Below are positions 1 through 8,374 of a stretch of DNA of 64,000 nt, one piece after another. The translations under genes were made by a program, and so were the position numbers. Numbering within the stretch: position 1 is the stretch's first letter; every line of letters starts with the position of its first letter. Source of the DNA: a virus; the IMG/VR virus record IMGVR_UViG_3300021963_009388, positions 1-64,000 of that record, one strand, 5' to 3'. The notes beneath the pieces are model-generated. The model was not told the DNA's origin and searched no databases. It saw only the letters and a list, made by a program, of their open reading frames with translations.

Positions 1-152
1 AATGACTTGTAGATTCTGTTTAGGTTATCATGTATGTTTCTGGCTATCATTTTTGTGTTGCTTTAGGAATTACGAGTTTGTACTCTTAGTCCCAACAGCT
101 CTGGCCGCCAGGGCCATGGAGTACCACATAGAACTAGCACTGAGGAGAAAAG

Positions 153-512
153 ATGACGGAGAAGCTTAGACATATAGAAGTTACAGACGAGCTTAGCGAA
201 AAGATCTTGAGTCTATTAGAAAAAATTCCAGAGCTAAGATCATGCGCAGTAGTGCTAGATTGGAACGTTGCTCAAAACGACTTTCCATACGGCCTAATGA
301 TAGGTAGACAGGGGTCAGTAAGGCTTCCTGGAGAGCTGCACTCATTAATGATTCAGACAGCTAAGTTGTCTAAGCACCAAGCTGACGTGATGCTGGAAAT
401 TCTGACTAATGTCGATAAGATGGCTGAGGAGCTAAAAAATAAAATAACAACTCTTAAAGAAGAGCTTATCGTGCTTGAGTCTAGTAAAGTGGCCTTAACG
501 CAGAAGAATTAA
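153..512 (+). CDS. hypothetical protein, C-terminal coiled coil
   Basis: 119 aa ORF; GAGGAG Shine-Dalgarno upstream. Confidence 0.7.
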   Translation: MTEKLRHIEVTDELSEKILSLLEKIPELRSCAVVLDWNVAQNDFPYGLMIGRQGSVRLPGELHSLMIQTAKLSKHQADVMLEILTNVDKMAEELKNKITTLKEELIVLESSKVALTQKN

Positions 513-513
513 T

Positions 514-720
514 ATGAAAAAAAGCAGGCAAAAGAAAGCTGAAAGGATTATAATATTGAGCAGCAGAAGAATGGCTTCTAGGCTGTTCAATAAACATTTC
601 TCTAACGACCAATTCGTAGATGAGGATTGGTGTGAAAGGGTCAGGACGCTGTATGAACAAAGGTACAAGCTGCCAGACAGGTTGCTAAGGGCATATGACC
701 TTGCTAGCCTAGTCCGGTAA
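514..720 (+). CDS. hypothetical protein
   Basis: 68 aa ORF directly after the previous stop. Confidence 0.55.
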   Translation: MKKSRQKKAERIIILSSRRMASRLFNKHFSNDQFVDEDWCERVRTLYEQRYKLPDRLLRAYDLASLVR

Positions 721-732
721 GGATAGGTTAAA

Positions 733-897
733 ATGCGCAGGGTAAAAGTAAAATCAGTTGAGCTCTTAAAGTTCAACAAGTATTTGGTAACGCCATCGTG
801 TAACCACTCATTCGTAAATGATACGAGTGTGAATAAACTAAAAGAAGTACCTGACTACATCAATTGTGCCAGGTGCAATCCACCCGAAAAGCCTTAA
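733..897 (+). CDS. small putative Zn-binding protein
   Basis: Manual translation MRRVKVK...SCNHSF...CARCNPPEKP (54 aa), CxH plus CxxC. Confidence 0.5.
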   Translation: MRRVKVKSVELLKFNKYLVTPSCNHSFVNDTSVNKLKEVPDYINCARCNPPEKP

Positions 898-981
898 CTC
901 TGTTTTCAGGCAGGTACAGAGATAATGGCTTTGAGCCTCAGCCCTAAAAAGCTGGGGCTTATTTTATTTAAAGGAAGCAAA

Positions 982-1158
982 ATGAAAAATACACTAACCG
1001 ACTCTAAAGTAAGGGCTAAGATTAAAAAGGATAAAAAACAAAAGCTTTTTACAATGGTATTTAAAATAGAAGGAACTACGCCTCTGCTCGTAGACGGTAC
1101 GCCTCTCCGATGTTGTACATACTGCGAGCCTAACAGCATTGCGCACAAGCATGGATGA
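982..1158 (+). pseudogene. truncated paralog of the RAMP-like gene at 9381
   Basis: FKIEGTTPLLV matches FTVEGTTPLLV of 9381..10130; AAGGA upstream; similarity ends right after the motif. Confidence 0.45.
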
Positions 1159-1414
1159 TTTTAACCAATGGGCAGTAGGCAAATCCCTAGAACAGATGCT
1201 TACTATCTTCTTAACAAACCGTTTAATAAGAATAGGCGACAAAGACATATGGCCGTCATCCATCGTAGTTAACGGATGCCACTATGAGTTCGTATTCAGA
1301 GTGGGCAACGAGCTAGATGAAGATAGAGGGTGGTGGTCTTTTAAAGATGAGCCTATGGTGTACAGCATCATGGCTACTGAAGAAGACATGCTAAGAGTAA
1401 GGGAAAAATTATGA
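1151..1414 (+). CDS. hypothetical protein
   Basis: MDDFNQW... ORF; its stop overlaps the first MIRK unit (ATGA). Confidence 0.6.
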   Translation: MDDFNQWAVGKSLEQMLTIFLTNRLIRIGDKDIWPSSIVVNGCHYEFVFRVGNELDEDRGWWSFKDEPMVYSIMATEEDMLRVREKL

Positions 1415-1590
1415 TAAGAAAAACAAATGCACATCCTATTTCTAAAGAATGGGAAAAATCTCGACTGTGTTCATGGATTAGTGGGTGGAGCACGTTTGAT
1501 TACAAATCAGCAAACGGAAAATTAAATTACACGTTTTCTGCACTAAACAATTGGTTTCATCACTCTCGTTGTTGGGGGGAGAGACCATGA
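1411..1590 (+). CDS. S/W-rich peptide 1 (MIRKTNAHP...CWGERP)
   Basis: Manual translation, 59 aa; ATGA overlaps at both ends. Confidence 0.7.
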   Translation: MIRKTNAHPISKEWEKSRLCSWISGWSTFDYKSANGKLNYTFSALNNWFHHSRCWGERP

Positions 1591-1790
1591 TAAGAAAAGT
1601 AATCGAATCTTCATCTTGGGGCTGGACTAGATCTGACCGAATTAGTTCGGCTCTGTCTAAATACGGCCGACGTACTATTCATTCTATTTGTTGGACTATG
1701 GCTAGAGATTCGTTTTGGGTTCACTTCGGGGCTTGGTCTAAGTCTAAGCATCAGTCTAGGTCGGGCCCTTGGTATGAAAGGGCTAGATAA
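1587..1790 (+). CDS. S/W-rich peptide 2 (MIRKVIESSSWGW...)
   Basis: ORF track, internal MIRK start; paralog of unit at 7800. Confidence 0.75.
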   Translation: MIRKVIESSSWGWTRSDRISSALSKYGRRTIHSICWTMARDSFWVHFGAWSKSKHQSRSGPWYERAR

Positions 1791-1939
1791 TGATAAGAAA
1801 AACACAACCTGCGTCTGTGGCTTGGGCTTGGTCTAGGTCTGGGTCTAGTTCTTGGTCTTGGTCTTGGCCTGGGTTTAATTCTTGGTCTTGGTCTAAGTCT
1901 AGGACTAATTCTTGGTGCTGGGAAAGGACCTCTCGATAA
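1790..1939 (+). CDS. S/W-rich peptide 3 (MIRKTQPASVAWAWSRSGSSSWSWSW...)
   Basis: Manual translation, 49 aa; TAATG overlap. Confidence 0.7.
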   Translation: MIRKTQPASVAWAWSRSGSSSWSWSWPGFNSWSWSKSRTNSWCWERTSR

Positions 1940-1989
1940 TAAGAAAAACAGTATGGGGTAAATCTAAGAGTTGGAGGATAGGAAGATGA
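1936..1989 (+). pseudogene. degenerate unit 4 (ATG>ATA; IIRKTVWGKSKSWRIGR)
   Basis: Start mutated; reads as the 5' end of unit 2237 joined to the 3' end of unit 2484 at AAATCTAAG. Confidence 0.55.
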
Positions 1990-2240
1990 GAATGAAATCA
2001 GTGTGGTGTGGGTCTAGGTCTTGGTCTAAGTCTAGCTTGTCTACTCCTATGATTGAGCCTCGCGCGTCTCAGTCTTGGTCTAGGGCTGGATGTACACCTG
2101 AGGCTTGGTCTGAGTTTGGCTCTTGGTCTAGAGCTTTTCATAAATGTAGGTATACGTGGTCTAATTGTTGGAGCCGTCTTGGGAATAGACTTGCGTATGC
2201 ATGCTGGCAAAAATCTTGGAATTGGAGAATACACCAATGA
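1986..2240 (+). CDS. S/W-rich peptide 5 (MRMKSVWCGSRSW...)
   Basis: ORF track; ATGA overlap. Confidence 0.7.
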   Translation: MRMKSVWCGSRSWSKSSLSTPMIEPRASQSWSRAGCTPEAWSEFGSWSRAFHKCRYTWSNCWSRLGNRLAYACWQKSWNWRIHQ

Positions 2241-2422
2241 TAAGAAAAACAGTATGGGGTAAATCTAAGTCTTGGAGCTGGGCGGAGGCCATATCGGGGA
2301 CTGGGTCTTGGGCTTGGTCTCGGACTTCGTTTAACTCTTGGTTTAGGCCAGGGGTGGTACCTTGGTCTAGGTCTTGGGTAAATCTAAAAGGAAATTCCGG
2401 CGCTTGGAGAATACACCAATGA
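2237..2422 (+). CDS. S/W-rich peptide 6 (MIRKTVWGKSKSW...)
   Basis: ORF track, internal MIRK start. Confidence 0.75.
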   Translation: MIRKTVWGKSKSWSWAEAISGTGSWAWSRTSFNSWFRPGVVPWSRSWVNLKGNSGAWRIHQ

Positions 2423-2487
2423 TAAGAAAAACAGGGTCTTGGTCTGGGTCTTGGTCTGGGTCTAAATGTTGGGAGAGCAGACTATGA
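2419..2487 (+). CDS. S/W-rich peptide 7 (MIRKTGSWSGSWSGSKCWESRL)
   Basis: Manual translation, 22 aa; coupled at both ends. Confidence 0.6.
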   Translation: MIRKTGSWSGSWSGSKCWESRL

Positions 2488-2669
2488 TAAGAAAAACAGT
2501 ATGGTTTGGGGCTGCGTCTTGGACTGACTCTTGGCGTGAGTCTGATTCTTGGTCTAAGTCTTTTAGCTGGTATAGATCTAGGGCTGGGTGCTGGGATGGG
2601 TCCAATTCTTGGAGTTGGACTTCTTCTAGATGCTTGGATAAATCTAAGAGTTGGGGGATAGGCCGATGA
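2484..2669 (+). CDS. S/W-rich peptide 8 (MIRKTVWFGAASW...)
   Basis: ORF track; paralog of unit at 8170. Confidence 0.75.
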   Translation: MIRKTVWFGAASWTDSWRESDSWSKSFSWYRSRAGCWDGSNSWSWTSSRCLDKSKSWGIGR

Positions 2670-2869
2670 TAAGAAAAATAAGGACCCATGAATCAAAGTG
2701 CTGGACAGATAGAAGACCTACATCATTCTCAGCGAACTATTACTTTATAGATCGTTCATGGAACTGGGGGTGGCAGCATTGTATGTCATCTCCTTGGTTA
2801 GGTATAGGCGGCTGGTGCAATAGTCTAAGCTCAGGAGGGTGGAGTTTAAACTATTGGAGAAACATTTGA
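2666..2869 (+). CDS. S/W-rich peptide 9 (MIRKIRTHESKCW...)
   Basis: ORF track, internal MIRK start. Confidence 0.75.
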   Translation: MIRKIRTHESKCWTDRRPTSFSANYYFIDRSWNWGWQHCMSSPWLGIGGWCNSLSSGGWSLNYWRNI

Positions 2870-3060
2870 TGATAAGAAAAATAGTCATATCCGGGTCCGT
2901 TTCATGGACAAATGATTTTGTCCGCAATAACAGGTGTTTTTTAAGCGACATGATGGCGGCATTTTCGTACATGAACACATCCACTAGGTCTGGAATTGGA
3001 AGTCAGAGCAACCGTGGTTGGTCTGTTTTAAGATCGCTGTCGTGGTCCAAACACCGATAA
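2869..3060 (+). CDS. S/W-rich peptide 10 (MIRKIVISGSVSW...)
   Basis: ORF track; TGATG overlap. Confidence 0.7.
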   Translation: MIRKIVISGSVSWTNDFVRNNRCFLSDMMAAFSYMNTSTRSGIGSQSNRGWSVLRSLSWSKHR

Positions 3061-3077
3061 CCTAACTAGGAGAACCA

Positions 3078-3299
3078 ATGATCAAAAGTACAGTTGGAAA
3101 CACTATGGCCCAAGGGTATAGCCGTGCATGGGGAACATTAAGTCGTACATGGGGCTTAACAAGCAGTGGTTCGTTTACAGAATCTAAAGTGCGTTCTACT
3201 ACAAAACTGTGGCGCGGCTGTAGAGGAGTAGTATGGTCTAGTTTAACTATATCTTCTTCGTCATGGAGCAGTAGATTTTCAGGGTCCGTAAGGAGCTAA
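3078..3299 (+). CDS. S/W-rich peptide 11 (MIKSTVG...)
   Basis: ORF track; AGGAG SD. Confidence 0.7.
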   Translation: MIKSTVGNTMAQGYSRAWGTLSRTWGLTSSGSFTESKVRSTTKLWRGCRGVVWSSLTISSSSWSSRFSGSVRS

Positions 3300-3300
3300 C

Positions 3301-3495
3301 ATGATAAGAAAACTTTTGTATCCATTGCATCAAAGTAAGATGTCCGTCTGCTGGACTAAGGACAAAAAGCTGAATAGGCTCTGGTCAGAAAACACGACCA
3401 TATCTGGACACAAGCATAGTGGTATAACGTGGGCTTGGGCTCACTTCAATCGCTTGCCTTGGTCCATATTAGAACCTTGGAGAGTTATTTCATGA
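3301..3495 (+). CDS. S/W-rich peptide 12 (MIRKLLYP...)
   Basis: ORF track; AAGGAG SD. Confidence 0.7.
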   Translation: MIRKLLYPLHQSKMSVCWTKDKKLNRLWSENTTISGHKHSGITWAWAHFNRLPWSILEPWRVIS

Positions 3496-3647
3496 TGATA
3501 AGAAGAAGAATACACCCACTTGATTCATCTAAATCATGGTCTGATCCCTGGTGTTACTCTTTGTCCGGGTCTGAAGATTATGCTTACTCTGTGTCTTGGT
3601 CGAATTGGTGTCAATGGGGTAAAAATAGTCACTCGGTTGGTTTTTAA
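3492..3647 (+). CDS. S/W-rich peptide 13 (MMIRRRIHP...SKSWSDPWCYS)
   Basis: ORF track; similar to unit 14. Confidence 0.7.
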   Translation: MMIRRRIHPLDSSKSWSDPWCYSLSGSEDYAYSVSWSNWCQWGKNSHSVGF

Positions 3648-3669
3648 ATAGGCTTTGGAGAGGTCGCTA

Positions 3670-3849
3670 ATGATACTAAAACGCAAAGCATACTTAATTG
3701 GAGACGTCTCCAAATCTTGGTCTGAGCCTTATTCTTACTCTGTGGCTTGGGCGGATGACTGGAGATGGAGTAGAGATTGGAAGAACGGTTGGTTTTTAAA
3801 CACGTTACGAGCCTACTATAGGCAGTCTAAAGGAGGACCTCGTGGTTGA
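3670..3849 (+). CDS. S/W-rich peptide 14 (MILKRKAY...SKSWSEPYSYS)
   Basis: ORF track; GGAGAGG SD. Confidence 0.7.
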   Translation: MILKRKAYLIGDVSKSWSEPYSYSVAWADDWRWSRDWKNGWFLNTLRAYYRQSKGGPRG

Positions 3850-4084
3850 ATGGAAACCTACTGAATATGATATAGGATGGCTGGACTCAGTCTTTAGAAT
3901 ATTAAAAGAAGGCGGGTCATGGATAGCTCCTATCACAGGGCAGATGTTTGAAAAACGAGGAAACCTTTTCGTTCTAATGAACGAAGATACTCCTGACACA
4001 AGACGCATCTTTGAGAGAAGCCAAGTAATAGGGCCTAAGATTGGTATTAAAGTTATTAAACTATCGGAGGTGGATAGTGCTTAG
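3842..4084 (+). CDS. hypothetical globular protein embedded in the array
   Basis: 80 aa of ordinary composition; AGGAGG SD. Confidence 0.7.
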   Translation: MVEWKPTEYDIGWLDSVFRILKEGGSWIAPITGQMFEKRGNLFVLMNEDTPDTRRIFERSQVIGPKIGIKVIKLSEVDSA

Positions 4085-4241
4085 ATCCCGTATGCATATG
4101 TCTCAATCCTGGTCTTGTGGGCGAAGCGCATCAAGAGCAGCATCAGATTTTTGGGGAGTATCCAATATTTTTGCTGGATGCTACTCTTGGAGCTGGGTAA
4201 ATAACTTGTCGATTTCAGAAAATTTTATGGAGTTTGAATGA
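4077..4241 (+). CDS. S/W-rich peptide 15 (MLRSRMHMSQSW...)
   Basis: GTG start after GGAGG; ATGA overlap with the next unit. Confidence 0.55.
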   Translation: MLRSRMHMSQSWSCGRSASRAASDFWGVSNIFAGCYSWSWVNNLSISENFMEFE

Positions 4242-4435
4242 TTAGAAGAACAGCAACAATCCCAGCTAGTTGGTTTGGTGCTTCTAATGCGTCCTGGGCT
4301 GTACTCCATATAGCAACATGGGGAAGGCCGTCATCGCCAAGGTTTCAATCAACTTCCCATTCACAAAGCTGGTATAGGTCTAGCAGCTGGGAAGATGATG
4401 GTTCTGCTAGTTACAATTGGAAATTAAGGAGGTAG
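4238..4435 (+). CDS. S/W-rich peptide 16 (MIRRTATIP...)
   Basis: ORF track. Confidence 0.7.
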   Translation: MIRRTATIPASWFGASNASWAVLHIATWGRPSSPRFQSTSHSQSWYRSSSWEDDGSASYNWKLRR

Positions 4436-4436
4436 T

Positions 4437-5033
4437 ATGAAAAACAAAGGATATGAAGCTTGGGTGGCGCGACTCAAGTTCTTCAACGGGGAATTCAATT
4501 TTGGCCCCGTTAAGCGCGTCTTAAATGAAGACGGGCGACTGCACTGCGACACGGGTCCAGCGTATGTTAGTCCTACTCGTATTATGTGGTATAAGAACGG
4601 CAGGCAGCACGGAATGGACGCCGACAAGTTCGGCAGTATTCTGTACTATTACGAGGGGGTGCGTATTCCTCCACATTTCTTTACCAAACCAGAGGATGTC
4701 ACTGTAGAGGAGGTCTTAAGGCATCCTAACGCAGAAGTAAAATATGTTGGTATGAAGATAGTTGGGCTGGACAACATCATGTCTATGCCTACAACAAAAG
4801 TAGTGCATAGAGACGTGGATCAGTTCGGCAGAGAAAGAGTTCTCTTTCAGATCCCAAAGATCTTTGAGGAACCAACTCTTTATGTTAAAGTTGTTAATTC
4901 TACGGCGGAGCCAGATGGTAGTTTTAAAAATTACTTTCTGTGCGTCCCGCCAAACGTGAAAACGTGTGTCGAGGCGGTGGCGTGGACAAACTATATGAAG
5001 GCAGATAAGTATGCTCCTTCACAAGAATCTTAG
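4437..5033 (+). CDS. DUF6745-like protein
   Basis: GRLHCDTGPA...WYKNG repeats and C-terminal VVNSTAEPDGSFKNYFLCVPP...EAVAWT. Confidence 0.65.
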   Translation: MKNKGYEAWVARLKFFNGEFNFGPVKRVLNEDGRLHCDTGPAYVSPTRIMWYKNGRQHGMDADKFGSILYYYEGVRIPPHFFTKPEDVTVEEVLRHPNAEVKYVGMKIVGLDNIMSMPTTKVVHRDVDQFGRERVLFQIPKIFEEPTLYVKVVNSTAEPDGSFKNYFLCVPPNVKTCVEAVAWTNYMKADKYAPSQES

Positions 5034-5054
5034 TTTTAATCAAAGGAATTAGTT

Positions 5055-5381
5055 ATGAAGAAGTTTCAAGCGCGTCAGGGTGATATTTTCTTTAGGGTTG
5101 TTAAGAAGCCAGCGGGCTTAGCTAAGCTAAAGCCATTGGGCAGTAAGATATTGGCGTTCGGCGAGGTGACTGGCCACAGTCATCAAATTACTTCAGCAAA
5201 TGAAGTGGGTTCTTTTGTAGATGAGAAAGGAGATATCTATCTCTTCTCTGCAGAGGAGACTGTCGTGGGTCATGACGAGCACTCAAATATTACGCTCCCT
5301 AAGGGATCGTGGGTGTGCGTGACACGTCAGCGAGAGTATGATCCGCTAGCTGCTGAGAAAGAGCGAAAGGTAGCAGACTAG
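5055..5381 (+). CDS. conserved phage protein with RQGD / GEVTGHSH / HDEH / RQREY motifs (putative metal-binding)
   Basis: Motif pattern recalled from small proteins encoded beside DUF6745 genes. Confidence 0.7.
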   Translation: MKKFQARQGDIFFRVVKKPAGLAKLKPLGSKILAFGEVTGHSHQITSANEVGSFVDEKGDIYLFSAEETVVGHDEHSNITLPKGSWVCVTRQREYDPLAAEKERKVAD

Positions 5382-5620
5382 TGATAAGGAAAGCACTATT
5401 TGGAAACTCGTATAACTGGAGCTTATCAAGCTCCAGTTATAACGTTTCAGAAGTAAGAGATACATTCTACGGATCAACTACTTCGTTCTCTTGGCCTAAC
5501 TGTCCTTGGATGTTTTCCACTAGCTGGTCTTCTTCTGGACTAGCCTGGTCATGGAATTGGTCAGGTGGAGTGCATACATCTTGGGGTTGGAAAGAAGGAA
5601 ATGCAGTGTGGGACAGTTAA
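5381..5620 (+). CDS. S/W-rich peptide 17 (MIRKALFGNSYNW...)
   Basis: GTG start overlapping the previous TAG. Confidence 0.7.
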   Translation: MIRKALFGNSYNWSLSSSSYNVSEVRDTFYGSTTSFSWPNCPWMFSTSWSSSGLAWSWNWSGGVHTSWGWKEGNAVWDS

Positions 5621-5676
5621 GGGTGGAGTCTAAGTAATTAAAATATTGTTAGCTATATAGACAAGTTTAGCTTACG

Positions 5677-5707
5677 GGGGTAGCAGATGTTCTGCTGCCC
5701 CTTTTTT
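5677..5707 (+). terminator. rho-independent terminator
   Basis: GGGGTAGCAGA-TGT-TCTGCTGCCCC followed by T6. Confidence 0.7.
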
Positions 5708-5736
5708 GTTTGAATCACATTCAAGGAGTTGTAATT

Positions 5737-6054
5737 ATGGCTAAGGTTAAAAGCAAAGTGTCTTTAGTTGAGATCGATGGCGCAGCTGCAGCTAGCATGG
5801 CGCAAGTGGCACAGCAGTTTCTTGGGCAGCCGGTAGCGGTGTTATGTGCGCGGTACAACTACCGTGGGATTCTATCTCACGTGGGTGAAGATTGCTTGGT
5901 GCTTGCGCAAGCAAGAGCTGTCGAGACTTCTGGCGCTTCTAGTCAAGAAACACCGAACACTGAAGATCCGATTGGATCTTCTGTGATCATCTCCCTCGGT
6001 GCAGTCGAAATTATTTATCAACCAAGATGGTGCTTTGCACCATTGGATGCGTAA
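5737..6054 (+). CDS. putative Sm/LSm-like beta-barrel protein
   Basis: FLGQPVAVLCARYNYRGILSHVGEDCLVLAQA resembles the Sm1 motif; AAGGAG SD. Confidence 0.55.
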   Translation: MAKVKSKVSLVEIDGAAAASMAQVAQQFLGQPVAVLCARYNYRGILSHVGEDCLVLAQARAVETSGASSQETPNTEDPIGSSVIISLGAVEIIYQPRWCFAPLDA

Positions 6055-6302
6055 TGAGGACGCATACTAGACCGGGAAGGCCTTTTGACAACCCAATTCT
6101 AGGCCCGACTTTTTCGTGGACGCAGGATAAGTTACATGGCTGGCCCTACCCTGCTAAGTCCTGCGAATGGGCAAGGGGAGTGAGATTTAATAGGGCTTGG
6201 AAATCAGCTGAGTTTCTATCCATATCAACACTGAATAGGGACTCAAGCTATTCTTGGTCTAAGGGAATCCGAGGGTCTATAAAGACAAGGAACGGAGAAT
6301 GA
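6054..6302 (+). CDS. S/W-rich peptide 18 (MRTHTRPG...)
   Basis: TAATG overlap; W-rich. Confidence 0.6.
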   Translation: MRTHTRPGRPFDNPILGPTFSWTQDKLHGWPYPAKSCEWARGVRFNRAWKSAEFLSISTLNRDSSYSWSKGIRGSIKTRNGE

Positions 6303-6472
6303 TAAGGAAAATAGTACACGCTAGGACCAGATCTTGGGCTAATTATACGTATCAATCTTACTCTGGAACTTGGATCAAACCTGGTTGTCCTTGGGGAATA
6401 AATATGCCTTGGTCTTGGTCTTGGTCTTGGTGTAGACCTTGGAGTATGGAATCTTGGAGGACACCCCGATGA
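6299..6472 (+). CDS. S/W-rich peptide 19 (MIRKIVHARTRSW...PWSWSWSWC)
   Basis: Manual translation, 57 aa. Confidence 0.7.
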   Translation: MIRKIVHARTRSWANYTYQSYSGTWIKPGCPWGINMPWSWSWSWCRPWSMESWRTPR

Positions 6473-6714
6473 TAAGAAAAATAAGAAGAAGCACTGGAAT
6501 TGGAAAAGACTGCGAGGTTTCTAGTCTTTGGTCTAAGAGTTGGACTCTATCTGAGTCTGGGCGCCCAGGTGAGTTCAGTTCTAGCAATTGGGCTCAGTCG
6601 GAGGCTTTTCCTAGATATAACACAGAAAGGCACTTGTCTGAGTCTTCGACATCTTGGCGTTATAACCGGCATGACTCTTGGTATGACTTTTGGCATTGGA
6701 AGGATAACACATGA
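6469..6714 (+). CDS. S/W-rich peptide 20 (MIRKIRRSTG...)
   Basis: ORF track. Confidence 0.7.
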   Translation: MIRKIRRSTGIGKDCEVSSLWSKSWTLSESGRPGEFSSSNWAQSEAFPRYNTERHLSESSTSWRYNRHDSWYDFWHWKDNT

Positions 6715-6893
6715 TAAGAAACGCATGGACTGGGTCATCATACGCTTGGTCTACTTCTGGATACACGTCATGGGGCTTAACTAAGTATCGCCCTTCTCTA
6801 ATGCAGTCTGACCATTGGAATCATAATTGGTGTTTCAGTGGATGTTGGGCTGAAGATACAGACATGTCAGGCTCTTGGAGGATGCACATGTGA
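6711..6893 (+). CDS. S/W-rich peptide 21 (MIRNAWTGSS...)
   Basis: ORF track. Confidence 0.7.
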   Translation: MIRNAWTGSSYAWSTSGYTSWGLTKYRPSLMQSDHWNHNWCFSGCWAEDTDMSGSWRMHM

Positions 6894-7114
6894 TAAGAAG
6901 AGCATTGCTCGGTAAATCTGGTTCTTGGATTAAATTTCGATCTGAGTCTGAGTTTTTGTACTCAACAATTTGCTCCCAAGCTTGGAGTATGCCCTATGAT
7001 GGGGCTAATGCTTGGACTAGCTCTTGGCGTAAGTCTTCGAGTTGGGTTGGAAGAAGGTTTGGCTCCAGGTTTGACTCCAGGCCTGACTCCAGGTCTTGGA
7101 GGCATCAAATATGA
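6890..7114 (+). CDS. S/W-rich peptide 22 (MIRRALLGKSGSW...)
   Basis: GTG start with GTGA overlap; paralog of unit at 8525. Confidence 0.7.
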   Translation: MIRRALLGKSGSWIKFRSESEFLYSTICSQAWSMPYDGANAWTSSWRKSSSWVGRRFGSRFDSRPDSRSWRHQI

Positions 7115-7299
7115 TAAGAAGACCAGTGACAACAAATGGGCGCTCCCAGTGTTGGGCTAGAGATCAAGAAATGTCTTGGAGCGAAAGAAGGTATACGCCT
7201 TGGCCGCGTTATGCAGAGTGCTGGATACTGGAGTGGTGCTGGAGTGGGCTTTGGGAAACTGATGGAACCTACTCGGAGTTATGGGGGGAAAATATATGA
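7111..7299 (+). CDS. S/W-rich peptide 23 (MIRRPVTT...)
   Basis: ORF track. Confidence 0.7.
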   Translation: MIRRPVTTNGRSQCWARDQEMSWSERRYTPWPRYAECWILEWCWSGLWETDGTYSELWGENI

Positions 7300-7490
7300 T
7301 AATGATAATGAAATGTCTACCTGACGCTAGGCTCCGAGATAGGCCCATCTCCCAGTCTTGGACTCTAAACCGGCATTGGTCTAGGGCTATGTTCTTGCCT
7401 TGGTCCAGCATCAATGTTTGGTTTTGGTCTGATTCTTGGAGTATAGACGAGACCTGCTCAGATTCTTGGATGCGGAGGAATAACGAATGA
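7296..7490 (+). CDS. S/W-rich peptide 24 (MIMIMKCL...)
   Basis: ORF track. Confidence 0.65.
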   Translation: MIMIMKCLPDARLRDRPISQSWTLNRHWSRAMFLPWSSINVWFWSDSWSIDETCSDSWMRRNNE

Positions 7491-7642
7491 TAAGAAGATT
7501 TATATTTCCTAAGTCTGAGTCTTGGTCTCAAAACGGGAGTTGGGGTTCCAACTCTGGGCTTAGAATTTATAGCTCGGCTTGGAGCATAGAAGAATTCTGG
7601 TCTACGTGTTGGGCTATGGAGCGAGACTGGAGTAATAAATGA
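7487..7642 (+). CDS. S/W-rich peptide 25 (MIRRFIFPKSESW...)
   Basis: Manual translation, 51 aa. Confidence 0.7.
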   Translation: MIRRFIFPKSESWSQNGSWGSNSGLRIYSSAWSIEEFWSTCWAMERDWSNK

Positions 7643-7803
7643 TAAGAAAAGCGTTGTCTAGTTCTTGGTCTAGGTCTAAGTCTAGCTCTTGGTATAGTGC
7701 TAGGTCTTGGCCTGTGCATTTGTCTTGGTCTAGGTCTATGTCTAGGTCTATGTCTTGGTCTTGGTCTTGGTATGGGGATAGTCCTTGGAGGGCACACAGA
7801 TGA
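7639..7803 (+). CDS. S/W-rich peptide 26 (MIRKALSSSWSRSKS...)
   Basis: Manual translation, 54 aa. Confidence 0.7.
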   Translation: MIRKALSSSWSRSKSSSWYSARSWPVHLSWSRSMSRSMSWSWSWYGDSPWRAHR

Positions 7804-8006
7804 TAAGAAAAGCAAGTGAACATGGGTCTTGGAGCTGGACTAGATCTGACCGCCTTAGTTCAGATATGTTTAGCCCCCACTCTGGTATTCATTCTATTTG
7901 TTGGGCTATGACTAGGGATTCGTTTTGGACTCGCTTCGGGGCTTGGTGTAAGTCTAGGCATCGATCTGAGTCTGGCCCTTGGTATGAAAGGACTCGTAAA
8001 TGGTAA
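7800..8006 (+). CDS. S/W-rich peptide 27 (MIRKASEHGSWSW...)
   Basis: ORF track; paralog of unit at 1587. Confidence 0.75.
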   Translation: MIRKASEHGSWSWTRSDRLSSDMFSPHSGIHSICWAMTRDSFWTRFGAWCKSRHRSESGPWYERTRKW

Positions 8007-8173
8007 GAAAAACAAAATGTATTTTTGCTACGACTTTTTCTAAAGGTTGCGCTAGAGCTTATTCTTGGTCTAAAAGTTTTCCTAGGAATGGGTCTAGGGT
8101 TTGGTATAAGTTCGAGTCTGGGTCTTGGACTAATACTTGGGAAAAGTCTAGATGCTGGAGAAGCTCTCGATGA
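8000..8173 (+). CDS. S/W-rich peptide 28 (MVRKTKCIF...)
   Basis: Manual translation, 57 aa. Confidence 0.7.
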   Translation: MVRKTKCIFATTFSKGCARAYSWSKSFPRNGSRVWYKFESGSWTNTWEKSRCWRSSR

Positions 8174-8374
8174 TAAGAAAAGCAGTATGGCTTGGGGCTG
8201 CGGCTTGGGGCTGCGGCTTGGTCTGAGTCTTGGCGTGAGTCTGAATCTTGGGTCGAAGGTGAAAGATGGCCTCAATATAGATTTAGGGCTGATTTACTTG
8301 ATGTGTCTAAATCCTGGAGTCGGGATAGGACTCGGTATTGGAGTAGGTCTTTAAATTGGAGTATACGACGATGA
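8170..8374 (+). pseudogene. unit 29, frameshifted by a 13-nt tandem duplication
   Basis: GGCTTGGGGCTGC x2 (8189-8214); removing one copy restores MIRKAVWLGAAAWSESWRES... Confidence 0.7.
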
